This document shows, piece by piece, positions 25,343-38,254 of a DNA stretch of 64,000 nt. Made by a program: the position numbers and the translations under genes. The notes below the pieces were generated by a model. It was not told the origin of the DNA, did no database searches, and saw nothing but the letters and a program-made list of their open reading frames with translations. The stretch covers positions 41,676,464 through 41,740,463 of the forward strand of contig NC_043011.1 of assembly GCF_006345805.1 (NCBI RefSeq), written 5' to 3'. Numbering within the stretch: the first letter of the stretch is position 1; each line of letters begins with the position of its first letter. This DNA is from Octopus sinensis. Taxonomy: Eukaryota.

Positions 25343-25500
25343 CTTTCTCTTGAATCAATAGAATAAGATCAATGTTCTTTGTGAATTCAGTTTCTGCAGT
25401 TTTTGGTATGGAATGCTGGTGATGCCAGACCAAAATCATAACATCAGTCAATACACTTGCAACAATGCCATTTGTATCGATAAATTCTCTGATAATTTCA
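25343..25500 (-). other. Candidate 158-nt exon, 52 open codons
   Basis: ttattatttag|T GAA ATT...GAG AAA G|gtttct; EIIREFIDTNGIVASVLTDVMILVWHHQHSIPKTAETEFTKNIDLILLIQEK; weak donor. Confidence 0.22.
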
Positions 25501-25579
25501 CTAAATAATAACAGCTACCAAAGATTTATTTCACACTTTTATCTCTCTTTCTTTCTCTCCTATTTTTCCCCTGTGAGGT

Positions 25580-25622
<43 letters not shown>

Positions 25623-25732
25623 TGGTGATTGAGAATTCCCTAAGCATTTAAATGACATAAAAATCATGGTATTTTATTTGTTACAATTTGGTTTTTGAAA
25701 CAAATTTTGCTATTTTGTTGTGAACATCTTTC

Positions 25733-25763
<31 letters not shown>

Positions 25764-25770
25764 GAGATAT

Positions 25771-25937
25771 AGGCGCAGGCATGGGTGTGTGGTAAGTAGC
25801 TTATTTACCGACCATAAGGTTCCAGGTTCAGTCCCACTGAGTGGCACCTTGGGCAAGTGTCTTCTACTATAGCCTCAGACTGACCAAAACCTGTGTGAGT
25901 GGATTTGGTTGATGGAAACTGAAAGAAGCCTGTTGTG

Positions 25938-25976
<39 letters not shown>

Positions 25977-26180
25977 ATGTCTGTGTTTGTCCCTTCAACA
26001 TCGCTTGACAACTGATGCTGGTGTATTTACATCCCCATAACTTACCGGTTCGGCAAAGAGACCGATACAATAAGTACTAGGCTTACAAAGAATAAGTTCT
26101 GGGTCAATTTGTTCGATTAAAGGCGGTGCTCCAGCATGCCACAGTCAACTGACTGAAACAAAAGCATATAAAAGAATAAA
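25771..26180 (+). mobile_element. SINE family A
   Basis: Full-length pattern. Confidence 0.88.
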
Positions 26181-26216
26181 AAGTGAAAATATAATATACT
26201 GGCATACACATACATA

Positions 26217-26422
26217 TGAGGGGCTGCTGCTGAGAAGTTCCTGGCTTTAAGGGTCTCCTGAAAGCCCAACCTTTCAAATTCTTTTACAAGGCTTAGAAAA
26301 ACTGAAGGACAGCTGCAATATATCAGTGAATCTGAAAGGGGAATATGTTTACTAAAATCATAATTGATTGATCCTCCTGTATTTTCTTTTACCAAAGCCA
26401 GGAACTTTTCAACACCCCTTTG
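26217..26422 (+). mobile_element. Internally deleted mariner element
   Basis: TA-flanked TIRs tgaggggctg...agaagttcctggcttt / aaagccaggaacttttcaacacccctttg; interior reads FLQGLEKLKDSCNISVNLKGEYVY*, like the mariner C-terminus (GI.KL..RW.KC....G.YV). Confidence 0.8.
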
Positions 26423-26617
26423 TATACATATATGTTGTTTTATATGTAAGTATATATATATATATATATATATCATCATCATCATCATCGTTTAACGTCC
26501 GTTCTCCATGCTAGCATGGGTTGGACGGTTCGACCGGGGATCTGGGAAGCCAGAAGGCTGCACCAGGCTCCGGTCTTATCTGGCAATGTTTCTACAGCTG
26601 GATGCCCTTCCTAACGC

Positions 26618-26690
<73 letters not shown>

Positions 26691-28944
26691 ATATATGTTT
26701 TATATATTTTAGAGAAATATCAGTTTTAAATTTTGGCACAAGGCCAGTAATTTTGGGGAGGGGTAAGTTGATGATATCAACCCCAGTGTTCAACTGGTAC
26801 TTATTTTATCGACTCCAAAAGGATGAAAGGCAAAGTTGTCCTTAATGGAATTTGAACTCAGAACGAAAAGATGGACAAAATACCCCTAGGCATTTAGCAT
26901 GCTGCTAAGCATTTTGCTAATGATTCTACTAGCTCATCACCTTTAAGAGAAATATCATTATCAAAAAATATGCCAGAATATCTCACTGTCCTAAAAATGG
27001 CTCAATATAATGACAACATTGTAACTAGTCCAGCTAGCTGCCTTGGGTGCTTTAGGCAGCTGGCAGTAGGAATGGCAAGACAGGAGATTAGTTCTCCTAG
27101 AAACACTGAGCCATAGTTATCAATTGAGGAAGTGGGGAGAGAGGTTAATGAATGTGGTGGGAAGATAGGCAGAGACTGTGGTGAGGAAGTGGGAAAGAAG
27201 TGGCGATGAGATGTATTTTCAGTTGCTCAACTAACCCCAATTGTTAGGCAGTTTACATTAACATTGAAGGGACCATTTATCTTTTGTTAACTCAATGAAC
27301 ATAGAACTATTGTAAAACATTTTGTTCACCATCCTTTATGTTCCATTGCATCTGTCATCCACTGTTCTACTAAACCAACATCTTGAATTGGAACTTGTGT
27401 GTTTTTTAATTTCTGGAAAGAAGAAAAGCAAAGTTGTCCTGAGTAGAATTTGAACTCAGATCACCAAGTGTCAGAACAACTAGTACAAGTCATTCTATCC
27501 AATACTCTAACAACTCTGCCAATTCACCCACCTTCAAGATGATCCAAGTATGCCCATCACATCTTATTTTCAAACAATGTTATCTACAACCACATAATCC
27601 ACTGTGGTGTTCTTTTTTAAGACAGTATGATGTGCTTTCGGGAGAATTTTAGTTTCTATTTCTAGCTGGCTGAGTGGCCACATAGAAGATCCTTCATTGA
27701 TGACTGTTGTTGTTGTTTAGCCCTAGATCAGCCCAGATGTACTAGACTTCTGATAAAAGACATTCCAGTTGTGACCATTCTCTCCTTTCTGTCACAGTAT
27801 ATCTAGGAATATATTAATATATCCTTAAATTTGTTTTGTTTTTTTTTCTTTGTTTTGAAGTGCAGTGCATGATTTGAAAGAAATTTGGTTTCTATTTCTA
27901 TCAGAGTGTGACCATGTACTGACAATCAAGTTGGAACATGCTTTTTCTCTCTTATTATTTAGTGGGGAGGTGGGGAGCAGGGGTCATATTGGTGGTGTTT
28001 GTATTGTTGTTGATTGGCCTCCAGGTCATCCTTGAATGTGAAGACCAATCACCTAAGGCATTCCAGCCATGGCCATCATTTCTTTTCCCTGTGTGCAGAG
28101 AACTCGGGACCATATTAATCATGACTTTCCATGCTTTAAAATGATAGGGTGTGATCAAGGGAAATTTGACTGTTATTTCTAGCAGATGGTACAACCAAAT
28201 AGAGGCTCCCACATTAGTTCATTGGTGGTGATATTTGTTGTTATTGTTGCTGCTGTTGTTGTTGTTGGTGGTGGTATTGCTGGTGGTGTAGAGTATAGAT
28301 TTGCCTCTTATAAATTCATTAATAATTCATTACACAATATATTTAGCTTGTTAGCATTAACAGATTGTGTGGCTGACTGGCTCCTTGGTCATCTGGCTGG
28401 CTGGCTTGTTAGCTGGTTGGTTGGTTGGTTGGTTGGTTGGTTGGTTGGCTGGTATGCAATTTCCATTGATGGTTTGGTGAAGAGAATTCCTGTAGACTTC
28501 TGCCAATAACAACAATGGATTCTGTCTTTGTAATATGGACATTTAACAGTTCCAATTAATCTTCGTGCTTGGATCTCTATGGTTTTTTTTTTTTTAATAT
28601 ATTTTCTATGTATTTTCTCTCCAAGAGTTATTTGTGTGAAAAATCACCTGCTCTTTGCTAACAGAAGCCATCATCCTATCATATGTATTATGATATCGTT
28701 ACAATGAACATGTTGAGCAAGTTTTTTAAATCATGAGGATTCCATTGAAAAATTCTCTGCTTAATATTTTTTTCATTTTTCATTCTTTTTTTCAAATAAC
28801 ACATTTTTTTTCTCTTTTTTCTTTATCCTTTTTTTGTTTGTTTGTCCAATTTTTTGCACCACCACCATTTTCTGGTTTGAAATGGAAGGGGAGAGAGAGA
28901 GAGAGAGAGATGCATGCACACATACTTCTAGTAATGATAGATAC

Positions 28945-29221
28945 AGCTCTATCATCATTATCATCACCATCACCACCATCATCATCATCATTATCATCAT
29001 CATTACCATCACCAACATTATAACCACTAACATCATCACCACCACCATCATCATCATTATTACCACCATCACTACCATCACCAACATAACCACTAACATC
29101 ATCACCACCACCATCATCATCATTATCACCACCATCACCACCATCATCATCATTATCATCATCATTACCATCACCAACATTATAACCACTAACATCATCA
29201 CCACCACCATCATCATCATGA
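28945..29221. repeat. (CAT/CAC)n tract with a higher-order repeat
   Basis: Block ...catcaccaacattataaccactaacatcatcaccaccaccatcatcatc occurs three times. Confidence 0.9.
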
Positions 29222-29245
29222 TGCAAGAAACACCATGATCCTTAC

Positions 29246-29273
29246 CTTACAACACTTACAAATCCATGTTTCC
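29246..29273 (-). other. Candidate micro-exon with two alternative donors
   Basis: ttctgctgtattctag|GGAAACATGGATTT|gtaagt (donor 29259) or ...TGTTGTAAG|gtaagg (donor 29245); contains AACATGG. Confidence 0.35.
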
Positions 29274-29671
29274 CTAGAATACAGCAGAACCATTTATTCT
29301 ACTGCTGCTGTTGTTGTTGTATAACCCCCACCTGACCCCCAGGAGTACAGATATGGCTGTGAAGTTAAGGAGTCCATTTAGTAATCACATGATTTATTTT
29401 TGGTTTGGTCTCACAGCACAGCAGTTACCTTGGGCAAGTTGCTTCTATCCTAGCCTTGCATTGGCCTAACCATTTGAGTAAAATGAAAACCAGTTCAACA
29501 GAAACTGTGGAAGGAAACCCTTCAGATTAACTCTACCTGACCATTCTGAATTTTCTCTTCTATTCCTGTTTATATATGTATCAAGCCTAGTTGTGTTTAT
29601 TTCAATCTCTATCTCCATATCAACTCACCTGGATTTCTCTTATAGCCCCTCTTTACCCCATGGACCTAGTA

Positions 29672-29915
29672 GTGGAGGTGCGTGGTTTAGTGGTTAGGGT
29701 GTTGGACTCAGGATCATAAGCTTGTAGTTTCAATTCCTGAGCCGGGCAGTGTGATGTGTTCTTGAGCAAAACACTTCGTTTCATGTTGCTCCAGTCCACT
29801 CAGCTGGCAAAAATGAGTGACCCCTGCAATGGACCGGCGTCCTGTCCAGGGTTGGAACTTATACTCCATGGAAACCAGGAATCCAGCCTTTATGAGTCAG
29901 CCGGACTCACAAAGG
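29672..29915 (+). mobile_element. SINE: D-like head + CORE-like domain + tail W
   Basis: gtggaggtgcgtggtttagtggttaggg head; gtgttcttgagcaaaacactt...ctcagctggcaaaaatgagt; tail ccctgcaatggaccggcgtcctgtccaggg. Confidence 0.75.
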
Positions 29916-30614
29916 TAACTTTACCTTTTTTTACCTTTGCATGGACCTAGTCCTCGATAAAGACTTCCAAGTTTATGATAAAATCATTTGAGCACTACTA
30001 CAGGTCTTCTATATTGAGCATCTCTGGATCTCACCTGTTGATTGTGTGTGTGCATACAGTTGTCTTGACATCATGTGATTGTTGTAAATGAGCATCAATG
30101 TCAAACAAATGATGTTGTTTTCAGGATTGTTTGTTGTTGTTGGGAAATATTACATTGCTTGGAAACAGGTGATGAGGGTTAGCAACAGGGAAGGCATCCA
30201 GCCATAGAAAATCTGCATTAATAAACTCCATCTTACCCATGCAAGCATGAAACAGTGGACCTTAAAATGACAATGCTGAGAATAAATATACGTGTATATC
30301 ATTCTTATATAAAAATGTTGTTGACAGTGACTTTGAAGTTTCGGCCAGCTAAGCCATTGTCAGACTGCAGAACTGGATGAACACATGGGTTGCAGGTGAC
30401 AGGATCTGTGACAAAAGATTTCAGACAAAGGATACTAAAATAATAATAATAATAATAATAAGATGGTGGTGGTGGTGGTGGTGTGTGTGGTTAACTGACA
30501 AAACAAATATGACCATCCCTGAATATAACAATAAGGTAAAATTGTTTTTATCATAATTGAACATAAAAACAGATAATATATATATATATACATATATATT
30601 ATGTATGTATGTGA

Positions 30615-30935
30615 AGATGCATGGCTCTGTGGTTAGAGTGTTGAGCTTATGATTGTGAGGTTGTGAGTGCAATTCCTGGACTGGGCTGTGTGTTGTGATC
30701 TTGAGCAAGACACTTTATTTCACATTGCTCCAGTTCACTCAGCTGTAGAAATGAGTTGCGATGTTACTGGTGCCAAGCTGTATTGGCCTTTGCCTTTTCC
30801 TTGGATAACACTGGTGGCATGGAGAGGGGAGACTTGAGTGCATGGGTGACTGTTGGACTTGCCCGGACTTGTGCCTTGGAAGGTAACTTTCTAGGTGCAA
30901 TCCCATGGCCATTCATGACCAAAGGGGGTCTCCTC
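30615..30935 (+). mobile_element. SINE family C (CORE-like)
   Basis: Same as 36866-37200. Confidence 0.85.
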
Positions 30936-30941
30936 CTCCTC

Positions 30942-30964
<23 letters not shown>

Positions 30965-30981
<17 letters not shown>

Positions 30982-32838
30982 CACATGCATATGTATATGT
31001 ATGTATGTATGTGAGTATGTATTTGTCAGTTGTTCATAAGTCTGAAAAAAAAAAAACCACTCAAAATCTTTTGAGAAATAATATTTAGTGTAGGTAAAAT
31101 GGTTGAGTTCCTTTTGAGTGTTGGGGCCTCATGGAGGAAATGATGAAGGCCTTTGGCATTATGTCATGCTTGAGAAGAAGACCCATCAAGCCGAGCAAAA
31201 TTACGGTTGTGGCAGATGCTGGTGTCAAATTGGCACCCATGCTGGTGGCACGTAAACGTACCCATAACACTCTTGGAGTGGTTGGCATCAGGAAGGGTGT
31301 CCAGCTGGTGAAAACTGTGCCAACTCAGACTGGAGCCTGATGCAGCCTCCCAGTATGCTAGCCCAGTCAAACCGTCTAACCCATGCCAGCTTGGACAACA
31401 AACACTAAATGATGATGATGTAGTTGCTGGTTATGTCTGATCAGGAAGTGACCGTTGGTTTCATGTCTATTACTTCTCTTAATGATATAGGCAAGTCATC
31501 AGATTTACTGACCAGAAGCACATAACCTCTTTGCTACTGGAGGTAGGAATAGTCTCGGTCTGTCAGGGTTGTGAGAACCAAGACTGTATTCATACCTCCA
31601 GTAGTAGAGAGGTCATGTACCTCTGGCCAGTAGGTCTGATGGGTCACCTATATTGCTAAGAGTATAATAGGTGCAGAACCAATGGTCACTCACTGACCAG
31701 CTGTAAACCAACTACTACATCACACACACACACACAAATGAGAGACTGATTTTAGATTGGTGGAATAATATGGATTGACTGGAATGGTATTTGCCTTGCT
31801 TCTTTCCATTTTGTGTGTGTTGTGAAAATGACGCATTCATAAAGAGATATGGATTGAGTGGGTGGCTAATGCATAAAAGTCTGTGTGTGTGTGTGTGGTG
31901 TGTGTGTGTGTATATATACACATGCATATGTATATGTATGTATGTATGTGAGTATGTATTTGTCAGTTGTTCATAAGTCTGAAAAAAAAAAACCACTCAA
32001 AATCTTTTGAGAAATAATATTTAGTGTAGGTAAAATGGTTGAGTTCCTTTTGAGTGTTGGGGCCTCATGGAGGAAATGATGAAGGCCTTTGGCATTATGT
32101 CATGCTTGAGAAGAAGACCCATCAAGCCGAGCAAAATTACGGTTGTGGCTGATGCTGGTGTCAAATTGGCACCCATGCTGGTGGCACGTAAACGTACCCA
32201 TAACACTCTTGGAGTGGTTGGCATTAGGAAGGGTGTCCAGCTGGTGAAAACTGTGCCAACTCAGACTGGAGCCTGATGCAGCCTCCCAGTATGCTAGCCC
32301 AGTCAAGCCGTCTAACCCATGCCAGCTTGGACAACAAACACTAAATGATGATGATGTAGTTGCTGGTTATGTCTGATCAGGAAGTGACCGTTGGTTTCAT
32401 GTCTATTACTTCTCTTAATGATATAGGCAAGTCATCAGATTTACTGACCAGAAGCACATAACCTCTTTGCTACTGGAGGTAGGAATAGTCTCGGTCTGTC
32501 AGGGTTGTGAGAACCAAGACTGTATTCATACCTCCAGTAGTAGAGAGGTCATGTACCTCTGGCCAGTAGGTCTGATGGGTCACCTATATTGCTAAGAGTA
32601 TAATAGGTGCAGAACCAATGGTCACTCACTGACCAGCTGTAAACCAACTACTACATCACACACACACACACACAAATGAGAGACTGATTTTAGATTGGTG
32701 GAATAATATGGATTGACTGGAATGGTATTTGCCTTGCTTCTTTCCATTTTGTGTGTGTTGTGAAAATGACGCATTCATAAAGAGATATGGATTGAGTGGG
32801 TGGCTAATGCATAAAAGTCTGTGTGTGTGTGTGTGTGT
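30965..32838 (+). repeat. 936-bp near-identical tandem duplication bounded by (TG)n
   Basis: ORFs at 31085/32021, 31131/32067 and 31164/32100 are each offset by 936 bp. Confidence 0.95.
31420..31714. mobile_element. Fold-back MITE with ~140-bp diverged arms (second copy 32356-32650)
   Basis: gtgaccgttggttt...tactggaggtaggaatagtctcggt versus accaagactgtattcatacctccagta...aaccaatggtcac. Confidence 0.75.
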
Positions 32839-33256
32839 GCCTGCGTACATATGTATGTGGAAGATACTGATGAGTTGTAAATATTGGATTCCTGGGCTTT
32901 CCGACTTTGTATCTTTCTTGTTGGAGTCGAAGGAGTGAGGGGTAGAGGAGAGAAAAAGAGAGAGAGAGGAGTTAGTGTGTATATTAGTAAGAGGAGGAGG
33001 AGGAGGAGGCAGTATTGATATTCAAGTTAACTCTACCTCTCTCCCTCTCATTTCACCTTTCTATACTCTTCTCTTCTCTCTCTCTCTCTCTCTCTCATAA
33101 CATTCATTTTCTTCCTTTTTCTCTGTCTTTACTTCTCGCTTCTCACTCAACACACACAAATATATATGCATGCATATATGTGAATGTGTGTGTGTGTATG
33201 TATATATATATATATATATATATATGCTTGTGAATGAGTGTGTGTATGTATGTATG

Positions 33257-33296
<40 letters not shown>

Positions 33297-34019
33297 AATA
33301 CACACACAGTGATCCAGGGATGTATATAGAAACCCTTCTCTTTCCCAGAAAACAGTAAAACAGTCACCATGACCTGTACATGTAGCACTTGCCTGTAACA
33401 CATACACCCAAACAGATACACCCATACACACACACACACACACACACGCACGTGCGCTCACACATATATCACTGCCAAATTGGTACTAACTTTCTACTAG
33501 TTCCCTGATTATCACGCAAACAAGTAACTGCATAACTTACGCAGCATACACATACACACACACACACAAACACACACATTGTATATTGGTCAGTGGTTGT
33601 GGTGGTTGGTTGGTTGGTTGGTGGCGATTACGATATGCAAAGTTATCTGCATAAATTGATTTTGATCCACCAATGTACATGTATGTATGTACGTATGTAT
33701 GTATGTATGTATATATATGTATATACAGTAATGGGCAAACCACAGCATTGTAGTTTTTGGAATAAAAAAAAAAATGATTAAGCTGAAAACATCTAAGACT
33801 ACAGACTGACAGGTTTCGTGGACTTTATTTCCTTGCCACCTACTGCAGGCCTTTCTTTGTTGTGCATTTGGGTTATATTCTTGACATTTTGCATCTCTCA
33901 ACCAAAATGCTATGCACCCCACCACAGAAGATCTATTTGATGGGCCTGCCTCTCTCCTTTTCTATCTTCCTCTTGTGTTTTGGTACTTTGAAGCCCTCAC
34001 ACGAAACTGACTTCTGGTA

Positions 34020-34300
34020 CTCATCATCATTATCATCATTATCGTTTAGCGTCCGCTTTCCATGCTGGCATGGGTTGGACGGTGCAACTGGGGTCTCGGA
34101 AGCCAGAAGGCTGCACCAGGCCCAGTCTGATCTGGCAATGTTTCTACGGCTGGATGCCCTTCCTAACGCCAACCACTCCATGAGTGTAGTGGGTGCTTTT
34201 TACATGCCACCGGCACAGGTACCAGACGAGGCTGGCAAACGGCCACGATCGAATGGTGCTTTTTATGTGCCACCAGCACGGAGGCCAGGCGAGGCTCTAG
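34020..34300 (-). mobile_element. RTE-type 3' UTR copy
   Basis: Same module as 23505-23865. Confidence 0.85.
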
Positions 34301-34974
34301 TGGTTATTTTGTCTGAAGGTACCATATACCCAAGTTTAGTATTAACATAACTGATCAACTGACCTGTGGTTCTCCAATGGTTGTTTTGTGTAAAGGTAAT
34401 GTGTATTTGAGCTTTGTTTAAACATCACTGATAAACTGATGTGAGGTAATTTGGTTATTTTGTTTGAAGGTACCCTGTACACCAAGTTTAACATAGGAAC
34501 ATCAAGTAAGCACACATAGTAATTTCGTTGCTTTGTCATAATGACCCTGGTACTTGAAGTTCAGTCCACCCAAAGCCACAAAAATCAATAAGGTTGGCCG
34601 TTATCTAAGCACTTATCTCTCAAAGAACCACATTAGACAATATGATTTTTAGTGCACTACGGACAGGGAGGTGTTGAGGTGCCTGGTTTAGGGGTTGAAG
34701 TATTAGACTCATGGTTGTAAGATTGTGGTTTCAGTACATTGTGTTCTTGAGCAAGACACTTCATTTTATGTTGCTCCAGTCTAAGAATGAGTAATCCTGC
34801 AAGAGGCCAGCATCCTGTCCAGGGAGGAATATAATAATAATGGCACAAGGCCCAGAATTTTTGGGGAGGGGCCCAGTCGGTTAGATCAATCCAGTACGCA
34901 ACTGGTACTTAATTTATCTACCCCAAGATGATGAAAGGCAAAATTTGAACTCAGAACATAAAGACAGAATAGTG

Positions 34975-35390
34975 AATAAAATTATTGTGTATAGTGCTCA
35001 GGTGCACTACAACTCATTAAAGGTGCATGTGCAGTACATAGAATTATGTACAAAAGTCAGAAAAGTGAACAGTGTAAGAGTCATGATATACATGTGTGCA
35101 TGCGTATGGGGGAGGGGGTGGAATATCACATGTAGTGTTGGTGAATTTCAGGAAGCATGGAGGTTTTAAAGGATGCAATGTCTCAGCAGCTAACAACTGA
35201 TGCAGGTAGTTTGTTCCATGCTTCAGCAACTCTGAGTGGGAAAAAATGTTTCTGAGAGTCCTTGGAGCTGTTCTGTTTTCTGACTTTGTAGGCATGCCCA
35301 CATGTGTTAGACACATGGAGCTCAAAAAGGTGCTCAAGATGGTTGTTGGCACGATGGTTAATAATTTTGTGGGTGTTTACCAAGTCAAAG
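34975..35390 (-). mobile_element. CR1-clade LINE 3' end
   Basis: DLVNTHKIINH...LFELHVSNTCGHAYKVRKQ...FFPLRVAEAWNKLPASVV; 3'UTR shared with 58880-59400. Confidence 0.88.
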
Positions 35391-35808
35391 GCTAGAGAAA
35401 CTGGAAAACCAGCCGTATGCGCCTTTCGGAGTAATGTGGACCCCAAAAGGACAAGGAAGCGATGTGATGGTCAACACTGGAGTGTCTTTGGTGACAGGCC
35501 TGTGTTAAGCTCTAGCATCATCAATGACAATGAATTGGCAGAGTTGTTAGTATTGGACAGAATTATCGCAGTATCAGTTGTGACTCTTTGTGTTTTGAGT
35601 TCAATTCCCACTGAGGTCGACTTCAATTTTCTTAATTTGGGGTTGATAAAAACAGCTACCAGTCGAAAGAGGTAGAGGAGTGGAACTATAAGAACTTTGG
35701 AACAGGTACCTTGTGGTATTTGTTCCAACTGTTGCTGCCCTATGGCTTTATTATAGGAATATTATAATTGATACAAAGGAAAAACATTTTAATTTAGTTT
35801 TTATGTAC

Positions 35809-35840
<32 letters not shown>

Positions 35841-36319
35841 CTATGTTTGTGTGTCTGTGTATGTTTGAGTGTATATACGTATGTTTGCATGTGTGTATAT
35901 ATATGTGTGTCTGTGTGTGTGTGCATGTATATATACACACACTCACACATATATTCACACATCTATACAAAAATAGATATGTGAATCATAATTTATTTTT
36001 GAATTAATAAAACAAAAAGAACCACAATTCCTATTCTCTATTTCTTTCTTTTTTTAATTTAACATTATAGTTTCATTTCATCAGATAGATACAAAGAGAT
36101 TGGCAGTGGGGAGAGCAGGGGGTGAAAGGAGTTTTATTAATTAAATTTAAAAGATTATAACAAATAATTGATTTTTAAAACAAAAATATAAATTGAATTT
36201 TCAGTACTTTTTTTTCTTTCTTTCTGTTTGTTGGAATTTCGAAACTAAATAAAACTTTTATATTTGAATGCCTTACCCACTCCTTAATCAAAATCACAAC
36301 TATTCCACCTTATCTTTTT

Positions 36320-36680
36320 CCTCTTTTTACCATGTAGCCATCTAAATATGCATGCTCCCTTCTCCCTGCCATGTAGCCAGTTCAGTTTGTACGTCCTCCT
36401 TCGCTCTTATATGGCCTTTTCTAAATGTATGTCTTATACCTTTACTTCCAACCATGTTGTCTTTTCCAAATGTTTCCCCTCTCTCTAGCCCTCTGTAGCC
36501 CTTTTAATATGTATTACCCCTCTTTACCATGTGGCCATTTCACCATGTATGTCCCCCCCTCTCCCTAACATACACCCAGTTCAATACGCGTGTCCCCACA
36601 ATGCAATCATTTTGTTATATTTGTCCCCTTTCTCTCTACCACGTAACCATTTCAATATGTATGCCCATCTTTCATGTGGT
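36320..36680. repeat. Degenerate ~35-bp pyrimidine-rich minisatellite
   Basis: Recurring tttaccatgtagccat(t)...aatatgtatgtcccc. Confidence 0.6.
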
Positions 36681-36865
36681 ATGTATAAGTTGATTGAAAT
36701 AAAATGTTCGACCGAAGAACATGGAGAAGGAAATAAGGTCAAGGGGATTGGTGTGGGTGTGTGTTTAGGGGACTACGGGATAAAGCAAAAAGGGAGAAGA
36801 CTGTCTTACTAACCCCTGCTTTAACAGAAAAAAAGTACCTACTGTGTGTTGTTACTGGTTCTACC

Positions 36866-37200
36866 TTCGTTGGCTCAGTGGTTAGAGCGTCGAGCTTACG
36901 ATCGTGAGGTTGTGAGCTCGAATCCCGGACCGGGCTGCGTGTTGTGTTCTTGAGCGAGACACTTTATTTCACATTGCTCCAGTTCACTCAGCTGTAGAAA
37001 TGAGTTGCGATGTCACGGGTGCCAAGCTGTATCAGCCCCTTTGCGCCTTTCCCTTGGACAACATCGGTGACGTGGAGAGGGGAGGCCGGTATGCATGGGC
37101 GACTGCTGGTCTTCCATAAAAACAACCTTGCCCAGACTTGTGCCTCAGAGGGTAACTCTCTAGGTGCAAACCCATGGTCAGTGTCTGACCGAAGGGGGTC
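36866..37200 (+). mobile_element. SINE family C (CORE-like), very young copy
   Basis: A-box TGGCTCAGTGG, B-box GCTCGAATCC, CORE-like gtgttcttgagcgagacacttt...ctcagctgtagaaatgag; CpGs intact. Confidence 0.9.
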
Positions 37201-37244
37201 ACCACCATACATTATTAATATTAGTGTTATCGGTAAGGTAATGA

Positions 37245-38245
37245 GCTGGTGGAATCATTACCATCCAGACAAAATGTTCACTGGTATCGCTTCCAGCTTT
37301 ATGTTCTGAATTCAAATTCTGCTGAGGTCCATTTTGGCCTTCATCCTTTCAGAGCCAATGAAATAAAGTACCAGTTTTACCCTGGTCTCAATGTAATCAA
37401 CTTGCTCCCCTCCCCCCAATATTTCAGGCCTTGTGCCTTTAGTAGAAAGAATTATTGTGAATGTGAATGTGAATGTTGTGGGTTTGACCCCATACTGACC
37501 ATGTAATCTAATCTAAGATGGGTAGCTAGCAGAATTGTCTGTAAAGACACACAAATTGCTTGGTGGCATTTTGTCTGTTTTTACATTCAAAAGTTCAAAT
37601 TCCACTGTGGTTGCTTTGACTCTCATCCTTGGGGGGGGGGGGTCAATGAAATAAATACCAGTTGAGCAAAAGGGTCAATGCAATTGAGTAGGATCCTCCC
37701 CCCAGTATTCCAGGCCTTGTGCCTACTGCAGAAAGAACTATTATTATTATTAGTATCATTATTATTATTATTATTAAAGGTGGTGAGCTGGCAGAAGCAT
37801 TAGCACGCTGGGCAAAATATTTAATGATATTTTGTCCATTGCTACATTGTGAGTTCAAATTTCACCAAGGTTGACTTTGCCTTTCAGTATCGATTAATTA
37901 AGTTCCAGTGAAGTACTGGGGTCAATGTAATCGACTTTCCCCCTCCCACCAAAATTTCAGACCTTGTGCCTATAGTAGAAAGGATGATGATGATCATTAT
38001 TATTATTATTATTATTATTATTGATGTGGCAAGCTGGCAGAATCATTAGCATGCTGGGCAAAATGCTTAGCGGCATTTCATCCATCCTTACATTCTGAGT
38101 TCAAATTCCGCCAAGGTCGACTTTGGCTTCCATCCTTTCGGGGTCAATGAATTAAGTACCAGTTAAATACTGGGGGGGGATCAGTGTGATATACTTACCC
38201 CCTCCCCACAAATTTCAGGCATTGTGCTTATAGCAGAAAGGATTA
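37245..38245 (+). mobile_element. Head-to-tail array of four family B SINEs
   Basis: Copies start near 37245, 37515, 37775 and 38024, separated by ATT-rich or short simple repeats. Confidence 0.85.
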
Positions 38246-38254
38246 CTCTCTCTT

